Shown here: piece by piece, positions 37,267 through 41,941 of the stretch
Numbering within the stretch: the stretch's first letter is position 1
Layout of the letters: each line of letters opens with the position of its first letter
Source: a virus
Lineage: Duplodnaviria; Caudoviricetes
Strand: one strand, 5' to 3'
Virus record (IMG/VR): IMGVR_UViG_3300025530_000023
Span: 1-41,941 of that record
Length of the DNA: 41,941 nucleotides
The notes under the pieces: generated by a model
Told to the model about the DNA's origin: nothing
Database searches by the model: none
What the model saw: only the letters and a program-made list of their open reading frames with translations
Program-made: the position numbers and the translations under genes

Positions 37267-39573
37267 TTAGAACGAGGATGAATCTTCTCCTCCAGAGGAA
37301 GTTTCAGAAGTTTTATTGACATTGTCTAAAAGTTTTTGCTCAATTAAAAGTTCTCTTATCCGTCCAATAATGCCATCAATAGTCTTCCAATCGTAGGTAA
37401 GATTATTACGAACAAATTCTTTAACAAACAGTTTTCTCAAGGTTTCATCATCTTCAATTATATTGATTTCAGCCATCGATTGACCAAGATCTTTAATAGT
37501 ATTCATAATTTCATTAGTTATTTGCATGAGCATGCTTTTTGATGGGATAAGAGTAGCATATATGGTTTCCATTTCTTGTTCAGTTAGATCAAGTTCATAA
37601 GCCATCACATAACGGAGTAGTTTGGTTAAAGGTCCATTCAATTCTGCTTGCGCGTGAGCACTTGATGATGCAATATCAAGGTTTGCCATTGAAAGAGTTT
37701 TAGCAAAATCAACTTCTTCACTATAGTCAACAATAACTGACGGTACATTGAATGAAAGAATAATCGATTTAATGAGGAATTGGAGGAACGGTTCATCCAT
37801 TTCCACCTGTTGACCCGATACCACTTCAGGTTTTATAGGTTGATCCCCTTCACTACTTTGAGGAATAAATAAATCAACAATAGCGCCAACAGAACCAACT
37901 ATCCCACTAATAGTACCAACATCGCTCCATCTAATCTGGGATTGTTGGATAGCTTCGATCGCTTGCATAACAGAATCTTCAATATCATTTGATAACCCGT
38001 TACTAACATACCAAACAGTTCTATCAGAACCTCTGCGGACTTTTGTAAGAATATTGCTAAGAAGAAGCAACAGATACAATTTCAGGAAAAACAACGAATT
38101 TTTCATAATGGAACCTTGTTGACGTCTAAATTCAATCACATCATCAGGGTGAAGTATAATAATATCTCTTGCCTCTTTATGAATTTGACGATCCCTTAAA
38201 AATTCATAAAATACATCCATATTATCAAAGTTAGCTTCAATGAATTTTGGAGAGATATTAGCAAGAACTGCGTTTCCGATATTCCTTATAATTTGGTTTT
38301 CAAGCATTTTCAAAGTATGCTCATTATACTCAGTGGATGCAGTCCTATAGAATGAGAAATGATTTTGGAAATGATTCCTGAGATTCATTCTAATACTATC
38401 ATCACGACGTTCCTCAATATAAATGTAAGCAACTACAGTATCTTTGATTCTGAGAGGCCACGTTCTGGCAGGATCTAATCTCTCAATTTTACATCCATTT
38501 ATTTTAATCTTATCATAATCACTAGCAGACCCTGTATCTATTAATCCTTCGCTAGCGGAATCTTTTTGAGATGTATTTTTAATTTTCGCAACTTTATCAA
38601 ACATTTCGTCAAAAGATGATTCAATTAAATATGAACTACGTTCATCTCTTACAGCTTCAACTAAAGCTGCATCATATACCAATTTCTTATTTGATTTATA
38701 GACTTTTATATTGCTAATGTATTTATTAATTTCCTTATTAAATGAATCTAAAGCTTTTTTCCTTTCATCTTGATTCATATTTCTTAATTTTTCTTTAAGT
38801 TTATCTCCAAATGCATCCATAATTGTAGATTCAGATAATATCTGTTTATTACCATCCTTACCGAAATCTATGAGGGATGATTCTCTAACTATTTTCGATT
38901 TTGAGGCAGTATTAAGTTTATCTTGTTTAATAGAATCTATTATTGCTCTATAAGGTACTACAGTTATATATTCTGTACCAATAATAAGATAATTTTCGAC
39001 TATGGTCTTAATTTTATTATTGAGATCATATTTCTCTTTTATCTTTTTGGCGAGAGTATTTTTTGCATCTGATTCAAATTTATATTCAAGTGAAAAGATT
39101 TCAGAAGTAATAGCCTCAGGAGTAATTATACTATTGATAAGAAGATCTATGACTCTTGATACTTGTGGTATTGCCCTTCTGAATATTTCATAGTCTTGAA
39201 GTGTTTCGTAAAGCCTTTCATTCATTAAAATTTGATTTTTAAGTTCCATGAAAATATTTTTATTTGAAGAAACTATATCAAAAATGTCTCTTTTGTTATC
39301 ATTCGTCTTATTAGTTCTTGATGTTAACCCAAATGTGCTTATTCTTGTATTATTATAAATACTTCCCTGTACAGTTGCTTTTAATGATTTTTCATCATCT
39401 TTTGAAACCTGATTTAATGTATTAATCATTCTTTCAGTGTCATAAAGATCTTTGCTCATTCCGTAAGTAGAGAAATTCGTTATTCTTGATAATCTTGCAA
39501 TATTATTTAATATAGAATTCATGTTTCTTGTAATATTTCTCTGACTTTTTCCTTTAGATTTATTTTCGGCCAA
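37267..39573 (-). CDS. Portal protein (T4 gp20-like)
   Basis: PQVSRVID, KVRRGSDRTVWYV (cf. RITRAPERRVFY), DLFIP, FNVP. Confidence 0.75.
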   Translation of the reverse strand: MAENKSKGKSQRNITRNMNSILNNIARLSRITNFSTYGMSKDLYDTERMINTLNQVSKDDEKSLKATVQGSIYNNTRISTFGLTSRTNKTNDNKRDIFDIVSSNKNIFMELKNQILMNERLYETLQDYEIFRRAIPQVSRVIDLLINSIITPEAITSEIFSLEYKFESDAKNTLAKKIKEKYDLNNKIKTIVENYLIIGTEYITVVPYRAIIDSIKQDKLNTASKSKIVRESSLIDFGKDGNKQILSESTIMDAFGDKLKEKLRNMNQDERKKALDSFNKEINKYISNIKVYKSNKKLVYDAALVEAVRDERSSYLIESSFDEMFDKVAKIKNTSQKDSASEGLIDTGSASDYDKIKINGCKIERLDPARTWPLRIKDTVVAYIYIEERRDDSIRMNLRNHFQNHFSFYRTASTEYNEHTLKMLENQIIRNIGNAVLANISPKFIEANFDNMDVFYEFLRDRQIHKEARDIIILHPDDVIEFRRQQGSIMKNSLFFLKLYLLLLLSNILTKVRRGSDRTVWYVSNGLSNDIEDSVMQAIEAIQQSQIRWSDVGTISGIVGSVGAIVDLFIPQSSEGDQPIKPEVVSGQQVEMDEPFLQFLIKSIILSFNVPSVIVDYSEEVDFAKTLSMANLDIASSSAHAQAELNGPLTKLLRYVMAYELDLTEQEMETIYATLIPSKSMLMQITNEIMNTIKDLGQSMAEINIIEDDETLRKLFVKEFVRNNLTYDWKTIDGIIGRIRELLIEQKLLDNVNKTSETSSGGEDSSSF

Positions 39574-39575
39574 CT

Positions 39576-40277
39576 TTAGTCATCTCCTTCTAGGTATAAT
39601 ACGTTAAAAACATTGAGTATCTGATATTCCGATTTATTGACTGTCGTTATAGTCAAAAAAACTAAAGAATCTTCATCTTTATAAGGAATACATTTTATTA
39701 AAGCTACATCTCCTTTAGTTACATTTTGAAAAGTTGATTTGGATAATCTCGTATAAAACTTTTCATCTTCTATAATAAATGGAATTTCTGAATTATTTAT
39801 TTCTTTATAAATATCGATTTTAAATTCTTTACCATTGCTAAAATCAGCATTACTTATCGAATTAAAAATTGAAATAATTTTCTCATATAACTCAGTTTTT
39901 TCAAACTTTATAGTTATAATATAATCATTATTCTCTTTTGAAATAAACTGTGCGATCTTACTAAAATTTTTATCTTCATACATAGATTTAGGATTTGCAC
40001 ATTTATAAATAAAATCTACACCATCTAGTGTAAATCTAATGTCCCTGATTTCTAAATATTTCTCAGTTATTTTAAATACTGCGGGATGGATGTCGAACTT
40101 AAACGGAAATAATTCTGTGATATCTTTCTCTATTTTTTCGCTAAAAGTTATAACTGTCATAATACCTTCTTCATATGAAGAAAATACACCTTTTGAAAAA
40201 TTAAATTCATCTGCCTTAAATTTATTTAAAGTATCTACAACTTTCATGAATGATTTATAAAAATTTTGGATATTCAT
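39576..40277 (-). CDS. Hypothetical protein
   Basis: 233 aa, RBS AAGGGTG, coupled to the portal gene. Confidence 0.8.
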   Translation of the reverse strand: MNIQNFYKSFMKVVDTLNKFKADEFNFSKGVFSSYEEGIMTVITFSEKIEKDITELFPFKFDIHPAVFKITEKYLEIRDIRFTLDGVDFIYKCANPKSMYEDKNFSKIAQFISKENNDYIITIKFEKTELYEKIISIFNSISNADFSNGKEFKIDIYKEINNSEIPFIIEDEKFYTRLSKSTFQNVTKGDVALIKCIPYKDEDSLVFLTITTVNKSEYQILNVFNVLYLEGDD

Positions 40278-40349
40278 GTTTGATTCACCCTTTTATAGTT
40301 TATCTTATCCATTAATGGTTTTAAGCTTTATAGATTAAAATTATGTATA

Positions 40350-40361
40350 AACAAAATATTA
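40350..40361 (+). promoter_or_regulatory. Late-type promoter AACA-N6-TA
   Basis: AACA-AAATAT-TA. Confidence 0.65.
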
Positions 40362-40398
40362 AAGAGAACTATTTTATCACTATTAAGGAGGAAAAGAA

Positions 40399-40929
40399 AT
40401 GACCGATATTTTCAGGGAAAGCATGAGAGCTTACCACGAAAGTGTTGCTGCTCAAAAACGGAATACTTCCGATAAAGAGCAGAATAAAAATGAAGAGCCT
40501 ATCGGTGAAAGCGATATCACTCCTGAAATGATTTCTGAAGCAACTATTGTTGCAATTTACGAAGCAGCTCATGATCATGCCATGGAAATTGTTAAACAGT
40601 ATCTTACTGAAAGTGGACATGAGTTGGTCCGCGACGGTCTACTTACAGAAAATGCGATGGGTCAATCTTTCGTTGTCCTGTCCCGTGAATCACAACGGAG
40701 CAAGGCAGAGAGACTCCTGCGCATGCAAATGGCACGTAAAGCGGGAGACCCTCGTTATTTCAAGATTGCATCGTATCGCCGCAAAATCAAGCAGCTTACT
40801 AGAGAAATTCATAATGATTCCCGTTATAACGAAGCAAGAACTATTGTTATGAAACGTCAATTCCGTTATGTTCCTGACCCGAAAGCGCTTGCGGCTAAAA
40901 GAACGCAAGGTGCAATGAGGCTTATGTAA
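40399..40929 (+). CDS. Putative internal head protein (acidic propeptide, basic mature part)
   Basis: FRES, IGES, ISEA, IYEA, LTES, LTEN motifs followed by an R/K-rich C-terminus. Confidence 0.65.
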   Translation: MTDIFRESMRAYHESVAAQKRNTSDKEQNKNEEPIGESDITPEMISEATIVAIYEAAHDHAMEIVKQYLTESGHELVRDGLLTENAMGQSFVVLSRESQRSKAERLLRMQMARKAGDPRYFKIASYRRKIKQLTREIHNDSRYNEARTIVMKRQFRYVPDPKALAAKRTQGAMRLM

Positions 40930-40934
40930 TAATT

Positions 40935-40971
40935 AAAACTGATGATGGCTTGGTTAGTCATCATCAGTTTT
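40935..40971 (+). terminator. Intrinsic terminator
   Basis: AAAACTGATGATGGCT..AGTCATCATCAGTTTT. Confidence 0.85.
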
Positions 40972-40981
40972 ATTTCAAATA

Positions 40982-40996
40982 TATATTATTGTAATG
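40982..40996 (+). promoter_or_regulatory. Early-type promoter TATATTAT-N6-G
   Basis: Exact motif. Confidence 0.7.
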
Positions 40997-41037
40997 TACG
41001 ACGGTGTCAAAACCTTAAGAGAGAAAGGAAGACATAA

Positions 41038-41829
41038 ATGGGTAAGAAAGCTAAGGCAAAGAAAAAAAGAACTACTGTTGTATTCAAAAACTGGACACAC
41101 AATTTAGCGAGAATTGAGGAGCAGTTGAAAGAACAGGGCAAATATACCCAATTCGGTGAAATCAACAAATTGTATCCTATCATTAACGAATTCGAGTCTA
41201 TTGATGAATATGATTCATATATTGAAAGTTTGATCTCTGGGACGAAAAAACTCCTTTCACATTCTAAGGATGAATTGTCTAAGTTGACAATGGCATATAA
41301 GTTTAATTCTGATGATGACAAATTCCAGGAAATGAACTTTGTTCGGTTCCTGTTTAATATTATTATGTGGAGACCCTATATTGTATCCGGAATCCCGGTA
41401 ACTGAAGAGGCTATTTTCAACGCAGAAGTATTCCATAATAAAAAATATGAAGAATATTTTAATAAATTTGCTGATAAATACAGGGACAGATTCACGGTTC
41501 CTGAATTCTCAGAAATTTTGTTTGATATTCAAGTCTATTTCAATAAAATCGCTGTTGAACTTGGCCCTCTGTTTGGTAGTTCCATATCGATTTATGATAT
41601 GGTCAAGATGGCCAAAAGGAATAATGAGATTAATGCTATAATGAATACTCAAATCAATTTGGACAATTTCCAAGTAAGTGAAGTTGAGAGATTCCTTATT
41701 AAACAAACTGATAGGTTTTTCCAGATTCTCATGAATGAATCTGATAAGAATAATCCTCTTAAACCTTTTATTCGGGCTGGTGTCGGTGTCAATAAAAGAC
41801 AAGTTCAAGAGATTTTCATCCATTTGGGT
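41038..41829 (+). CDS. RNA polymerase beta' C-terminal half (non-virion RNAP), exon 1
   Basis: FGSSISIYD..NPLKPFIRAGVGVNKRQVQEIFIHLG matches beta' [26 protein letters not shown]; the ORF stops mid-domain at the intron. Confidence 0.8.
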
Positions 41830-41941
41830 TAAAGGATAGCCCCTTCTGGCTGGAAACGGTCAGTCGAATAATCTGCCTAAATGCTGGGACCGACTAAAGC
41901 CTCTATGCCTATACGTCTGGTCAACGTATATGGAGCGAAAG
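41830..41941 (+). mobile_element. Group I intron, 5' part (continues beyond window)
   Basis: P1 GGGU|UA..UAGCCC with U.G at the splice site, P2 CUGGCUG-GAAA-CGGUCAG, P-element-like AAAUGCUGGGA. Confidence 0.85.

Noticed and set aside
1-41941. CRISPR arrays, tRNAs, inteins, nuclear-shell gene, stop-codon recoding
   Set aside because: None recognised. Long genes are intact under the standard code, and the only mid-domain stop in a core gene is explained by the intron.

Overview
This is a 42-kb slice of an AT-rich jumbo myophage genome from the lineage with split multisubunit RNA polymerases (AR9/PBS1- and phiKZ-like transcription machinery). Strong GGAGG-type RBSs suggest a Bacillota host. It encodes type IIA topoisomerase B and A subunits, five fragments of two RNAPs (non-virion beta-N, beta-C, beta'-C; virion beta-C and beta'-C-terminal pieces), a tubulin/FtsZ-family GTPase, RecA/UvsX, NAD-dependent ligase and a membrane-anchored lytic transglycosylase. 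The morphogenesis set comprises prohead protease, major capsid, terminase, portal, neck, sheath and tube. Two promoter grammars are readable: TATATTAT-N6-G (early-type, 8 sites) and AACA-N6-YR (late-type, about 11 sites). The window ends inside a group I intron that interrupts the RNAP beta' gene. The most notable unannotated items are: an ORF-free, rod-shaped ~290-340 nt RNA with its own promoter and terminator and a 6S-like central bubble (18001-18343); a tubulin with an optional N-terminal leader carrying prohead-protease motifs; a tandem HU-like protein with a decayed paralogue; a frameshifted gene; and a 48-aa peptide missing from the ORF track. All calls come from motif recognition by eye; no database searches were run.
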